Source: an uncultured Bacillota bacterium
Lineage (GTDB): Bacteria; Sysuimicrobiota; Sysuimicrobiia; Sysuimicrobiales; Segetimicrobiaceae
Assembly (NCBI GenBank): GCA_963804645.1
Contig: CAWDRG010000022.1
Span: 64,001 to 128,000, forward strand
DNA length: 64,000 nucleotides
Direction: 5' to 3'
The notes under the pieces are model-generated. The model made no database searches. It was not told the DNA's origin and saw only the letters and a program-made list of their open reading frames with translations. Of the stretch, positions 28,607 through 37,596 are shown in pieces. The position numbers and the translations under genes are program-made. The number at the start of each line of letters is the position of its first letter. Position 1 is the first letter of the stretch.

Positions 28607-30324
28607 GCGTCGGTCCGCTCGACCATGAGGGCGAGAAACTTGCTGAGGTTCGTGGTGCGCCACTCCCGCCACGCATCCTCGACGTGGCGCGCGACGTCGC
28701 CGCGCAGTTCGGCGGGGACCGGACGCTCCCCGTTGAGCTCCCGGGGGGCGGCGTCGTAGACCGTGTCGGCGAGCACCCCGCGGGCGCCGCGGGGCCAGGC
28801 GGGCAGCCGTTCGACCACGGCGCGGTAAGCGCCGACGAAGCGGTCGTACGAGTCGCACAGCGCCGGGAACCCTCCGTCGGAGGTCCCGTCTACCACACGC
28901 TCGAGCGCGCGTTCGGCCGCGACCAAGCCGACCTCGACATCCGAGATCGGCGGCGTGGCGAGATCCGCCAGCGGGACGATCCCCCGTCGGGCCAACACCT
29001 GCCGCATGCCCGCCGCGACGTCGTCGAGCGGCGCCTCATCGCTGAAGTAGTAGCTGGCCGCGCTCGGCACGCGCCAGTCTTCGAGGCCCGGGGCCGCCAG
29101 CACAAGCGTCGTGCAGCCGAGCGTCGGCGCCGCGTGGGCGGTGAACGAGTCGGCGCAGATCACGGCGTGCGCCTCTTCCAGCTCCGCGAAGACGCCATCG
29201 AGCGGGAGTCCCCGCGCCTCGCCGGCGGCGGCGACCTCGAAGCGCGCGGCGAGTCCCGGGTGCCGGCCCGCGGCGGCGCGCGCCACGTCCGACGCAAACC
29301 GCCGGGTCGTCAGGTTGGGGCCCGGGTCCAGCACGACCCGGACCGGTCGGCCCGCGTCCGCCGGCACCACGGCGGCGACGAGCTGGCTCCAGTAGCGGGG
29401 CGACGGGTCGTACTTCGACGTAAAGGGGGACACGTAAATCCGCAGGATCGCCGGATCCGGGACCGCCCGCCGCGCGACAGCGGTCAACAGGTCCGCGGTC
29501 GCGGGTGACACGCCGAGCCCGCGCGCGAGCCGGGCGAACCCATGGTAGTAGTTCCCGAACGCCGGGGCCGTCTCGGCGACCCGGTGGATCCACCGGCGGC
29601 GGTTGTCCACGGCGACCATCACGTGAGCGCCGATCGACAGTTCCACGTAGCGCGGGATCCGCTCCTCGCGCGCGACGGCCTGGTGCAGCTCGGGATTCTC
29701 AAAATCGATCAGCGCCACCAGGTCGAACGCGCCGAGGGCGCTCTCGCCGCGCATCGCGTGCAGCAGGCTCAGATACTCGTGATACCGCTCGACGCGGTCG
29801 ACCCCCGCGACCCGGTTCCACAGCCCCTCGTACGCCGAGAGCACCGTGATCTCCGCGCCGGGCACGGCCGCCTTGATCCAGCGCGGAAGCGGGAACGTCA
29901 TGATCTCGTCGCCGATCCCGATCGCCGGCCCGAGCACCAGGAGCATCCGGCGGGCGTCCCGCAGAAAGTCGGGCGGCGGCGCGGCGTCCCCCGCGATGTA
30001 GCCGCGCGGGAATGTGGTCTGCACCAGCGGCGCCAGCGTCTGCTGCAGCCGTTCGGCGGTCTCGGGCAGGTTCCCGGGGTTCATGCTCCGCAGCAGCCGC
30101 GCGGTCATCGCCGCGCGCGGATGCGCCGCGGCCTCGAACACCCCCGCGAGCGACTGCAGCCCGTCGATCCGCCGCAGGACATAGTGGGTGTTGCTGCGGC
30201 TGATCGGGCGCCGCGTGAGAAAGAACAGGTACCGCGACACCACGAGCGCCGGCAGCAGCAGCGCCGGATCCCACGGAGCCTCGGCGCGCGCGCGAAGCGC
30301 GCTGGCGGGGATCACCACCCTCAC
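28603..30324 (-). CDS. GT9 (heptosyltransferase-like) glycosyltransferase with N- and C-terminal extensions
   Basis: GIGDEIMTFP and VICADSFTAHAAPTLG motifs. Confidence 0.7.
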   Translation of the reverse strand: MRVVIPASALRARAEAPWDPALLLPALVVSRYLFFLTRRPISRSNTHYVLRRIDGLQSLAGVFEAAAHPRAAMTARLLRSMNPGNLPETAERLQQTLAPLVQTTFPRGYIAGDAAPPPDFLRDARRMLLVLGPAIGIGDEIMTFPLPRWIKAAVPGAEITVLSAYEGLWNRVAGVDRVERYHEYLSLLHAMRGESALGAFDLVALIDFENPELHQAVAREERIPRYVELSIGAHVMVAVDNRRRWIHRVAETAPAFGNYYHGFARLARGLGVSPATADLLTAVARRAVPDPAILRIYVSPFTSKYDPSPRYWSQLVAAVVPADAGRPVRVVLDPGPNLTTRRFASDVARAAAGRHPGLAARFEVAAAGEARGLPLDGVFAELEEAHAVICADSFTAHAAPTLGCTTLVLAAPGLEDWRVPSAASYYFSDEAPLDDVAAGMRQVLARRGIVPLADLATPPISDVEVGLVAAERALERVVDGTSDGGFPALCDSYDRFVGAYRAVVERLPAWPRGARGVLADTVYDAAPRELNGERPVPAELRGDVARHVEDAWREWRTTNLSKFLALMVERTDA

Positions 30325-31103
30325 ACCGGGCTCAGCGAGGTCACGAGCCAGCGCTTGTCCCGCTGCGGCTTGAAGACGGCGATGCGGCGCTCCATGATCG
30401 TCCGCCGCGCTCCGTCGGCGGGATGTTCGGCGTCGATCATCAGCTCCGTGTAGACCAGGATAGCGTCGGGGTAGAGAATCGGCTGCGGCATCTCCACAAG
30501 CGACGCCTCGAACCGCCAGCCCCGCAGCGACTCCAGCAGGCGCTTGAACTGCCAGGCGAGGCCGTCACGATCGATCTCGCGGTCGTCCTCCAAGGCGTGG
30601 TAGTCGGGCGCCACGCACGCCATCGCCGACTCCACGTCGCCGCGGCCGATCGCGTGCACCAGATCGTACAGACACCCGACCACCGCCTCGGCGTCGGTGT
30701 CCAGCATCTCCTCCTCGGGTTCCGCCAGCAGCACGCGCAGACTGATGCGCCGGCCGGGCGCCTCGGGCGCGACCGCCGTCGGCGCCGCGTGCCCGACGGA
30801 GGACGGTGAGAGGTACGCGGGCTCGCCGATCGGCGCCGGCGCCAGGCGCTCGATCCCGGCCGCGGGGTCGCCGGGCGCCTCGAAGAAACTGTCCCACGGG
30901 TTCGCCCCGCGGGGCGCCGGCCGGAACCACATGCTGAGGCGGTCGGTGGCGCTGAGCCGCCCGCCGAGCGGCGCCGGGGACAGGTACGACTCCTGCCAGG
31001 GCGACAGGGTGTCGCCCCCGCGGCCCAGTTCGGCGAGCACGCGGTGCAGCAAGACGATCGCCTCGTCCAGCCGAGCGTCCACGGACCGTCCCACCGCCAT
31101 CAC
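30321..31103 (-). CDS. Protein with C-terminal NTF2/SnoaL-like domain
   Basis: LVHAIGRGDVESAMACVAPDYH...DKRWLVTSL pattern. Confidence 0.65.
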   Translation of the reverse strand: MMAVGRSVDARLDEAIVLLHRVLAELGRGGDTLSPWQESYLSPAPLGGRLSATDRLSMWFRPAPRGANPWDSFFEAPGDPAAGIERLAPAPIGEPAYLSPSSVGHAAPTAVAPEAPGRRISLRVLLAEPEEEMLDTDAEAVVGCLYDLVHAIGRGDVESAMACVAPDYHALEDDREIDRDGLAWQFKRLLESLRGWRFEASLVEMPQPILYPDAILVYTELMIDAEHPADGARRTIMERRIAVFKPQRDKRWLVTSLSPV

Positions 31104-31142
31104 CCGCCTCCCCTGGGGATTTCGTGCCGCCGCACCTCGGGC

Positions 31143-32201
31143 CTAGCGACTCCGCTGCATCAGATACTTGGACAACCGTACAAATCGGTATTTCGCCGCC
31201 GTCTCAGGAAGCTCCGCGAGGTACTGCACCGCCTCGTCGATCAGGCTGTTCGCCGTCTGCTCGGCCCGTTCCCGGGCGCGCGTCCGCCGAAACAGTTCGT
31301 GGACCCAGGCAACCTCATCCGGAGTCGTCTCCTGCCGCGCCCGGTTGAGGATCGCGAACATGCGTCCCCGCTCCGCCGCGGCGGAGCGCTCCGACGCGTA
31401 CGCAACCATCAAGGTGCGCTTCCCCTCCAGCACGTCCGAGCCGAGCGGCCGGCCCTTCCCGCCGACGACATCCAGGGCGTCGTCCTTGATCTGAAACGCC
31501 ACCCCGGCCTGCAGCGCGAAAGCTCGGAGACGCTGGAGGTCTCGCGCGTCGGCGCCGCCGATGATGCCCCCGCCCACGGCCGCCATCGCGAAGAACGCCC
31601 CCGTCTTCTTGCGCGCGCACTCGACGTAATCCTCCGGCGTCGGCGCGTCGTTGCGGCGCAGATTGATGTCCAGCCCCTGCCCCTCGGTCACCAGGAGGCC
31701 GAGCTCCGACAGCACCTGGAACAGCGCCACTTTGGTCTGCGCGGAGTACGCGCCCTCGAGAATCGCGAGCGAGCTGAGCGGAATGAACGCGTCGCCGATG
31801 TTGATGGCGTGGGCCACGCCGAACCGCTGCCACGCCGAGGGGCGTCCCCGGCGCTCGCCGTCGCCGTCGGCGATGTCGTCGTGAATCAGGCTGAAGTTCT
31901 GCAGATGCTCGATCGCCGCGGCAAAGTGCAGCGCCGGGCGGTACGACCCGCAAAACATCTCGCACGTAGTCGCGCACAGCGCCGCCCGGACGCGCTTCCC
32001 GCCGCCCAACACCTGGTACGACACGCCCTCTTTGAGGCCGTCCACCTCAGGGGTGCGTTCCACCGCCTGGTCGAGGTACGGCTGGAGCTCGCGGTCGACC
32101 TCGACCAAGTACCGGTCGATGTCGCCGTCCAGGCCGGCGGCCGGATGCGGCCGCACCGGCCCGCCCGTCTCGGCGGGATCCGTCGGCGGGACGGGCCCCA
32201 C
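31143..32201 (-). CDS. Polyprenyl (probably GGPP) synthase, copy 2
   Basis: GGKRVR, NFSLIHDDIADGDGERRG, EGQGLD, KKTG, FQIKDDALD and DVLEGKRT motifs. Confidence 0.93.
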   Translation of the reverse strand: MGPVPPTDPAETGGPVRPHPAAGLDGDIDRYLVEVDRELQPYLDQAVERTPEVDGLKEGVSYQVLGGGKRVRAALCATTCEMFCGSYRPALHFAAAIEHLQNFSLIHDDIADGDGERRGRPSAWQRFGVAHAINIGDAFIPLSSLAILEGAYSAQTKVALFQVLSELGLLVTEGQGLDINLRRNDAPTPEDYVECARKKTGAFFAMAAVGGGIIGGADARDLQRLRAFALQAGVAFQIKDDALDVVGGKGRPLGSDVLEGKRTLMVAYASERSAAAERGRMFAILNRARQETTPDEVAWVHELFRRTRARERAEQTANSLIDEAVQYLAELPETAAKYRFVRLSKYLMQRSR

Positions 32202-32202
32202 C

Positions 32203-32548
32203 CTATGGCTCCTGGTCGGTGCCGTCTGCCGCGGCCGACGCTGCGCCCTCGTCCCACCCGTGCTCGGTCGTCCGATACAACTCCACCGCCATCTGCACGC
32301 CGAAGTAGGTCCCGGCGGCGATCCGCCCGGCGATCCTGGGCATCGGGCGCCGCGAGCCGGCGCAGGGTGGTCATCGCGCGGCGCAGCTCGGAGACGGCCG
32401 TGCTCCGGGGCGACGCGTCCGCGACCCGTTCCATCACGAGGAGGGAGAGGTCCTCGATGCAGTCGACGATCCGGGCCGCCAGGTGCTCCACCTCGTCTCC
32501 CACGGTCACGGCGGTCCGTCGCGCGCGATCCTCGGGGCGCTCGGTCAC
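32203..32548 (-). CDS. Small helical hypothetical protein (probable frameshift near 32345)
   Basis: GTG start after GGAGGGG overlapping the upstream region. The protein-like frame continues as PRIAGRIAAGTYFGVQMAVELY...QEP* and ends just before the next start. Confidence 0.45.
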
Positions 32549-32567
32549 TGCGGGTCCCCTCCTTCGG

Positions 32568-34124
32568 CTACCACCAAAACGATGTCACACCCCCGGCCGG
32601 CGGAACGGTCACGTTCACGCCCAAGATCCGCAGCACCTGCGCCTGAATCGTGGGGTGCCACAGCGCTTCGGCGTGGTTGATCGGATTGGTCTGGTGCATC
32701 GCGAACGGCAGCCGGTCCCGGAGGTCGGCCGTCAGCAGGTCCCCGCGCCCTTCCGTGAGCTCGTCGATGGTCGGCGGCAGCGTGATCGCCACGGGCGAGA
32801 TCCCGGGCACCTCCGCCACCATCCTCCGGTGCAGGAACGGCGGCCAGTGCAGCTGCGGCAGGGCGCTGTCGAGCGTGTACACCCAGCTCAAGATCCGCGT
32901 GAGGCGCACGCTCACCCCGCCGAAGGTAAAATACTCGATCCCCGGAAGCGGCTGCTCCCCCGCGGCCAGCGCGGTGAGGAACGGGCTTCCGACCGCCATC
33001 TCCTGATACGCGTCGCTCTGGGCGATCGGCAGGAGCCAGCCCAACGCGTCGGTGGCGAGGGTCCCGATCTGCCCCTCGAGCCACGTGACCGCGGAGGTCA
33101 CGTCGTCGGCGGCGTTCGCGAGGTCGCTGCCGGTGTGGGGCGAGTGCAGCGTGATCACCGCCTGGATCCGCCTCGCGAACCCCGCGTGGTCCCGCAGGAA
33201 CTTGCGCACGAGCAGCCCGCCGCGGCTGTGCGCCAGCAGCACGAACCGCGTCTCCTCACCAAAGTACCCCATCAGGGCCCGCAGCACCGACACGAGCTCA
33301 TCCGCCGGCCCGAGCGGCGGCGGAGACCCGGCCGGAGCGAGAAAGCCGTCCCCACCGTCGAACTGCGAGTAGGCTGCGGTGGCGAACCCGTTCGCGCTCA
33401 GGACCTCACGCCAGCTTGTCACCGGCTTCTTCGCGTCAAGGGAACAGCACGACCACACGCCGACCCCGGGATAGGTGGCCCACCCGACGGTCACGGGCGG
33501 GGGAAACGGCCCGGAGTAATCATAGTTCACGTCCGCGACGGGCGCGTTCGCGGGATCGGTCATGTCGCGGACGTCGCCGCCGGTCCCGTGGATCAACACG
33601 ATCACGGGCATCTCGTCGCTGCCGTCGCTGACCTCGACCCCCGGCTGGCCGGTGTCGGGATTCGGGATCTGCCCGGCAAACGTGTACGGGATCGTCTGGA
33701 AGTTCACCGACATCACGGCCTCCCGCGGGTCGACGTCGTCCTTTCGAGCCACGAACAGGTCCGTGACCACCCGTACCGAATCCCAGTCGGCGAGGGTCAC
33801 GGTCTGGCTGAGGACGAGCAGCTGCGCCTCGCCGGGCAGGTTGGCGCCGTCGTCGACGATGCGCTCCGCCCGGCCGTCGACCGTGCGCCGGTGCTTGAGG
33901 AAGGTGATCGTGCGGTGCGGGTGGGCGCTCGAGTAGGCGCGCAGCTCCGCGCGCAGCGGAGCCGGCAGGCACCCGTCGTCGACCGGCTCGTCGCGCGGGG
34001 TGCGGACCGTCACACGATCCGGGACCAGCTCGCTCGCGGGCCAGCGCGCGTGGGAGTGCGTGTGCGTCTCGCGGAATCGGCGCACGATCTCACGAGGGTC
34101 GAGCGCCAGCTCTTGTGCGTGCAT
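32568..34124 (-). CDS. Lipase/esterase-like alpha/beta hydrolase (PGAP1-like) with N-terminal extension
   Basis: VLIHGTGG, nucleophile elbow AHSRGG, TLHSPHTGS and NHAEAL motifs. Confidence 0.8.
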   Translation of the reverse strand: MHAQELALDPREIVRRFRETHTHSHARWPASELVPDRVTVRTPRDEPVDDGCLPAPLRAELRAYSSAHPHRTITFLKHRRTVDGRAERIVDDGANLPGEAQLLVLSQTVTLADWDSVRVVTDLFVARKDDVDPREAVMSVNFQTIPYTFAGQIPNPDTGQPGVEVSDGSDEMPVIVLIHGTGGDVRDMTDPANAPVADVNYDYSGPFPPPVTVGWATYPGVGVWSCCSLDAKKPVTSWREVLSANGFATAAYSQFDGGDGFLAPAGSPPPLGPADELVSVLRALMGYFGEETRFVLLAHSRGGLLVRKFLRDHAGFARRIQAVITLHSPHTGSDLANAADDVTSAVTWLEGQIGTLATDALGWLLPIAQSDAYQEMAVGSPFLTALAAGEQPLPGIEYFTFGGVSVRLTRILSWVYTLDSALPQLHWPPFLHRRMVAEVPGISPVAITLPPTIDELTEGRGDLLTADLRDRLPFAMHQTNPINHAEALWHPTIQAQVLRILGVNVTVPPAGGVTSFWW

Positions 34125-34267
34125 CGGCTCTCACTCCCGGACTCGGGGCTCGGACGCGCCCGCGCCGCCGCGCGGCGCACGGTGTGGCTCAAGTGTACCA
34201 GCGGCGTTGCGGGATTGTCGAGGGCCGCCGCGCGGCGGACGTCGGGACACGAGAGGAGGCCTCCCCG

Positions 34268-34858
34268 GTGACCGAACCGCGCGTGCGTGATCTGCCGTCC
34301 GGCCGGGCGATGAGCGAGCTGCTGCGCGCGGTCGTCGGCCGCTGGCACGAGCTCGATCCGCCGCTCGATTGGGACGCGGTGGAGCGGGCGCACCCCGCCG
34401 ACGGCCGGCTGCTCGCCGGCCTCATCGCGCGCGTGGGCCTGATCAACTGCTTCCAATGGCATCTGGAGGACGAATGCCGCGCGCACTACGAGCACCCGCC
34501 CGTCCTCGCTCGACTGAAGCACGCGATCGACGCGTCGAACCGTCGGCGGGTGTCGGCCATCGATGAGATCGACCGCCGGATCGCGGATGGGCTCGAGCCG
34601 CGCGGTCCCGCGTCCGCCCGGCTCGCGGTCGTCACCCCCGGCGCCCTGATCGACCAGCTGTCGATCCTGGAGCTCAAACGGTACCACGCCGACGTGCGCC
34701 GACGCGTGGATTCCGCGGCGGACGCCGGGGTGGTGTCCCTGCTCGGTGAACAGATCGACGATTTCTGCGAGGCGATCGACGACCTCTCCCGGGAGCTGGC
34801 CGCCGGGGGGCGGCGGCTGAAATTCTACCGGACCGTGAAACTGTATGGGTCGACGTAG
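34268..34858 (+). CDS. DUF4254 domain protein
   Basis: NCFQWHLEDECR, KHAIDASNRRR, TPGALIDQLSILELK and KFYRTVKLY; GAGGAGG RBS before GTG 34268. Confidence 0.85.
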   Translation: MTEPRVRDLPSGRAMSELLRAVVGRWHELDPPLDWDAVERAHPADGRLLAGLIARVGLINCFQWHLEDECRAHYEHPPVLARLKHAIDASNRRRVSAIDEIDRRIADGLEPRGPASARLAVVTPGALIDQLSILELKRYHADVRRRVDSAADAGVVSLLGEQIDDFCEAIDDLSRELAAGGRRLKFYRTVKLYGST

Positions 34859-35699
34859 CTCGGGGACCGCCGCGCCGCGCGCCGCGCCCGTCGTGTGGCG
34901 GACTGCCGTCTACCCGCGCGGCCCCGGGGCTCCCCGCCTCGGCCCGGACGAGCTGCATCTGTGGTCCGCGCGGCTCTGCCCGCCCGCGTCGGTTGAGCTG
35001 CGCCTGCGGCAGAGCCTGGACGACGACGAGCGGGCGCGCGCCGCACGCTTCATGATGGCGCGCGACCGGACGCGCTTCGTCGTGGCCCACGGGCTGCTGC
35101 GGCACGTGCTGGGACGGTATCTTCGGGTCGCTCCCGAGCTTATCCAATACCGCTATACGAACCGGGGCAAACCGTCGCTGGTGCTCCGGCGCGGCGCGCC
35201 GCGGCTCCAGTTCAATCTCTCACACTCCGAGGACCTCGCGCTACTCGCGGTCGTGCTGCGGCGCCGCATCGGCGTCGATGTCGAACACGTCCAGCCCGGA
35301 CGTGATACGGCGGGGATCAGCGCGCGCTTCTTTTCGCCCAGCGAAGCCGCCACGATGCGGGCGCTGGGGCCGGACGCCCAGGTGGAGGCGTTCTACAATG
35401 GCTGGACGCGCAAGGAAGCGTACATCAAGGCGCGGGGCGAGGGGTTGTCGCTGCCGCTCGACTCCTTCGACGTGTCCCTGACTCCCGGCGAGCCGGCCGC
35501 GCTCCTGCGTGCCGCGGGCGGATCCAGGGAAGTGCGGCGCTGGGAGCTCGTGGGGCTGACCCCGGCGCCGGGCTACGCCGCCGCCGTCGCCGTCGAAGCC
35601 GGCATCCGGCGCATCGTCGGCTGGACGCTTGCGCTCGCCCCGCACGAAACGTCCCGGAGCGGACGCGGAGACTCCGACGACGATCCCGCAGGAGCTTGA
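34845..35699 (+). CDS. Sfp-type 4'-phosphopantetheinyl transferase
   Basis: GKP, FNLSHS, IGVDVE and WTRKEAYIKARGEGL motifs. Confidence 0.95.
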   Translation: MGRRSSGTAAPRAAPVVWRTAVYPRGPGAPRLGPDELHLWSARLCPPASVELRLRQSLDDDERARAARFMMARDRTRFVVAHGLLRHVLGRYLRVAPELIQYRYTNRGKPSLVLRRGAPRLQFNLSHSEDLALLAVVLRRRIGVDVEHVQPGRDTAGISARFFSPSEAATMRALGPDAQVEAFYNGWTRKEAYIKARGEGLSLPLDSFDVSLTPGEPAALLRAAGGSREVRRWELVGLTPAPGYAAAVAVEAGIRRIVGWTLALAPHETSRSGRGDSDDDPAGA

Positions 35700-35748
35700 C
35701 CGGGCCGGATCACGGTGAGGCCGTCCCGGGGCGTCCCCGGACGCGGGT

Positions 35749-37596
35749 CTAAGCGACGGACGACGTGGTCAGGTACTCCGTGAGTGGTCGCTTGGAGACG
35801 ATGTAAGGGCCGATCGCGAGGACGTCGATCTCGGTCGCGGTGAAGCACGCGACGGCGTCCTCCGGCGTCTCCACGATGGGCTTGCCCGCCAAATTGAACG
35901 ACGTGTTCAAGATGAGCGGTACGCCGGTCATCTCGTGGAACGCCGTGACCACGCGCCAGTACCCGGGATTTTCGTCCCGGGCGAGCGTCTGCACCCGGGC
36001 CGACCCATCGACGTGTGCGATAGCCGGCACCAGCGGCAGCTTCTCCGGGTGAATGGGGGCGATCCGCAGCATATACGCGCTGCGCTCCGTCATCTCGAAC
36101 CACGCTGCGGCGTACTCCTCCAGTACGGTCGGCGCGAACGGCCGGAACGGCTCCCGGTGCTTGACCCGGAGGTTGAGGTAGTCCTTCATCCCCGGGCGCC
36201 GCGGGTCGCACAGAATGCTCCGGTTGCCGAGCGCCCGAGGGCCGAACTCCGCGTGATCGCTGAACCGGGCCACGATGTGTCCATTCGCAATGCACCGCGC
36301 GATCGGGACAGCCGGGTCGTCGGGACGCTGCACGTCGAACCCCCGGCCCGACACTGCCGCTTCGATCGCGTCGTCGGGGTACGGGGGGCCCAGAAACTCC
36401 GGCACCTCGCGGGCCGGCGGCGCCCACTTGGCCAGCTCGTAGGCGCCGAACAGCGCGCACCCCAGGCCGTGGCCGGGATCGCCGGGGTTGGGCGCGATGT
36501 AGACGCGGTCGGGGCGCACCTCGCGATACGCGATCCCGTTGGCCACGCTGTTCAGCGCCACCCCGCCGGCGTAGACCAGGTCGCGGCGTCCGGTGAGCGC
36601 CAGCGTGGCCCGCCACGCGTTCGTGACGATCGCGTCGACGAGCGCCTGCCCCGCGTACGCCACGTCCTCGTGCCGCTGGGTCATTTCCGCGCCGGGATCG
36701 CGCGCCGGCACGTACGCATCCAGCGCCACCTGAAACGCGTCGTTGCGCAGAAACTCGAACCCGCCGTCCTCCAGCAGCCGCAGGTGCGGCCGCAGCGTCG
36801 TCCACAGCTCCGGCTCGCCGAACGCGGCCAGCCCCATCGTCTTGCCCTCGTCCCCCTGGCGAAAGCCGACGTGGTGCGTGGTGGTGTCGAACAGCAGGCC
36901 CGAACTCATCTCCGGAAATAGAAACTCGCGCAGCACGCGGCTGCGCCCGTCCTGGTCCATCACGGAGATCGTGCCGCACAGCTGGCGGCCCCGCAGCCTC
37001 GGCAGCTTCTCGCCGCATGTGTCCAGCGTCAGCACCGCGGCCTCCTCAAACCCGGACGACCAAAACGCCTGGCGCTGATGGATCTCATGGTGTTCGAGGT
37101 TGCGCACCACCCGCGCGTTGGGAAACCACCGGCGGAGCACCGGCCCGAGGCGCATCCAGCCCGTGGCGAAATGGCTGTCGCTCGTCACCACCAGGTCGAT
37201 GTCGTTCGGCCCCACGCCCAAGCCGCGAAGCAGCCACTCCGTCCAGGGGACGATCTTCTCTTCGAAGATGCAGCTGTCGGGCAGCCGGCCGAACCCAAGG
37301 CGGAAGATGAAGTTGATGGACTCGTCGATGTCGGTCTTGGGGTGGCGGATCGCGTCGTCCTCGTCCGCCGAGAACATCATCATGTGCTTCACGTTCGTCC
37401 ACCGCTCGAGTTGGGACGCGCGGATGTTCCCGGCGGTGTCGATGTAGCCGAGGCTGGCGCCGTGCCCGGTGCAAGCGATCCCGAGGACGCGGGCCGCCTT
37501 CACCCGCGGGAACCGGCGGAACACCCGGTTGCGCCACGGTGAACTGGTGTACACCAGGAACTCCTTGAGGGTCCCGAGCGTCTGGAGGCTACCCAT
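35749..37596 (-). CDS. Carbamoyltransferase (NodU/CmcH/TobZ family)
   Basis: EHHEIH, EGKTMGLA, AGGVALN, EFGPRALGNRSIL, KHREPFRPFAP, HVDGSARVQT and LNTSFN motifs. Confidence 0.95.
   Translation of the reverse strand: MGSLQTLGTLKEFLVYTSSPWRNRVFRRFPRVKAARVLGIACTGHGASLGYIDTAGNIRASQLERWTNVKHMMMFSADEDDAIRHPKTDIDESINFIFRLGFGRLPDSCIFEEKIVPWTEWLLRGLGVGPNDIDLVVTSDSHFATGWMRLGPVLRRWFPNARVVRNLEHHEIHQRQAFWSSGFEEAAVLTLDTCGEKLPRLRGRQLCGTISVMDQDGRSRVLREFLFPEMSSGLLFDTTTHHVGFRQGDEGKTMGLAAFGEPELWTTLRPHLRLLEDGGFEFLRNDAFQVALDAYVPARDPGAEMTQRHEDVAYAGQALVDAIVTNAWRATLALTGRRDLVYAGGVALNSVANGIAYREVRPDRVYIAPNPGDPGHGLGCALFGAYELAKWAPPAREVPEFLGPPYPDDAIEAAVSGRGFDVQRPDDPAVPIARCIANGHIVARFSDHAEFGPRALGNRSILCDPRRPGMKDYLNLRVKHREPFRPFAPTVLEEYAAAWFEMTERSAYMLRIAPIHPEKLPLVPAIAHVDGSARVQTLARDENPGYWRVVTAFHEMTGVPLILNTSFNLAGKPIVETPEDAVACFTATEIDVLAIGPYIVSKRPLTEYLTTSSVA

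Noticed and set aside
31044..34271. Long plus-strand ORFs (also 13886-17455, 18370-20166, 37469-39271 and minus-strand 40765-43044)
   Set aside because: Antisense shadows of high-GC genes; no motifs and Arg/Pro/Gly-rich composition.
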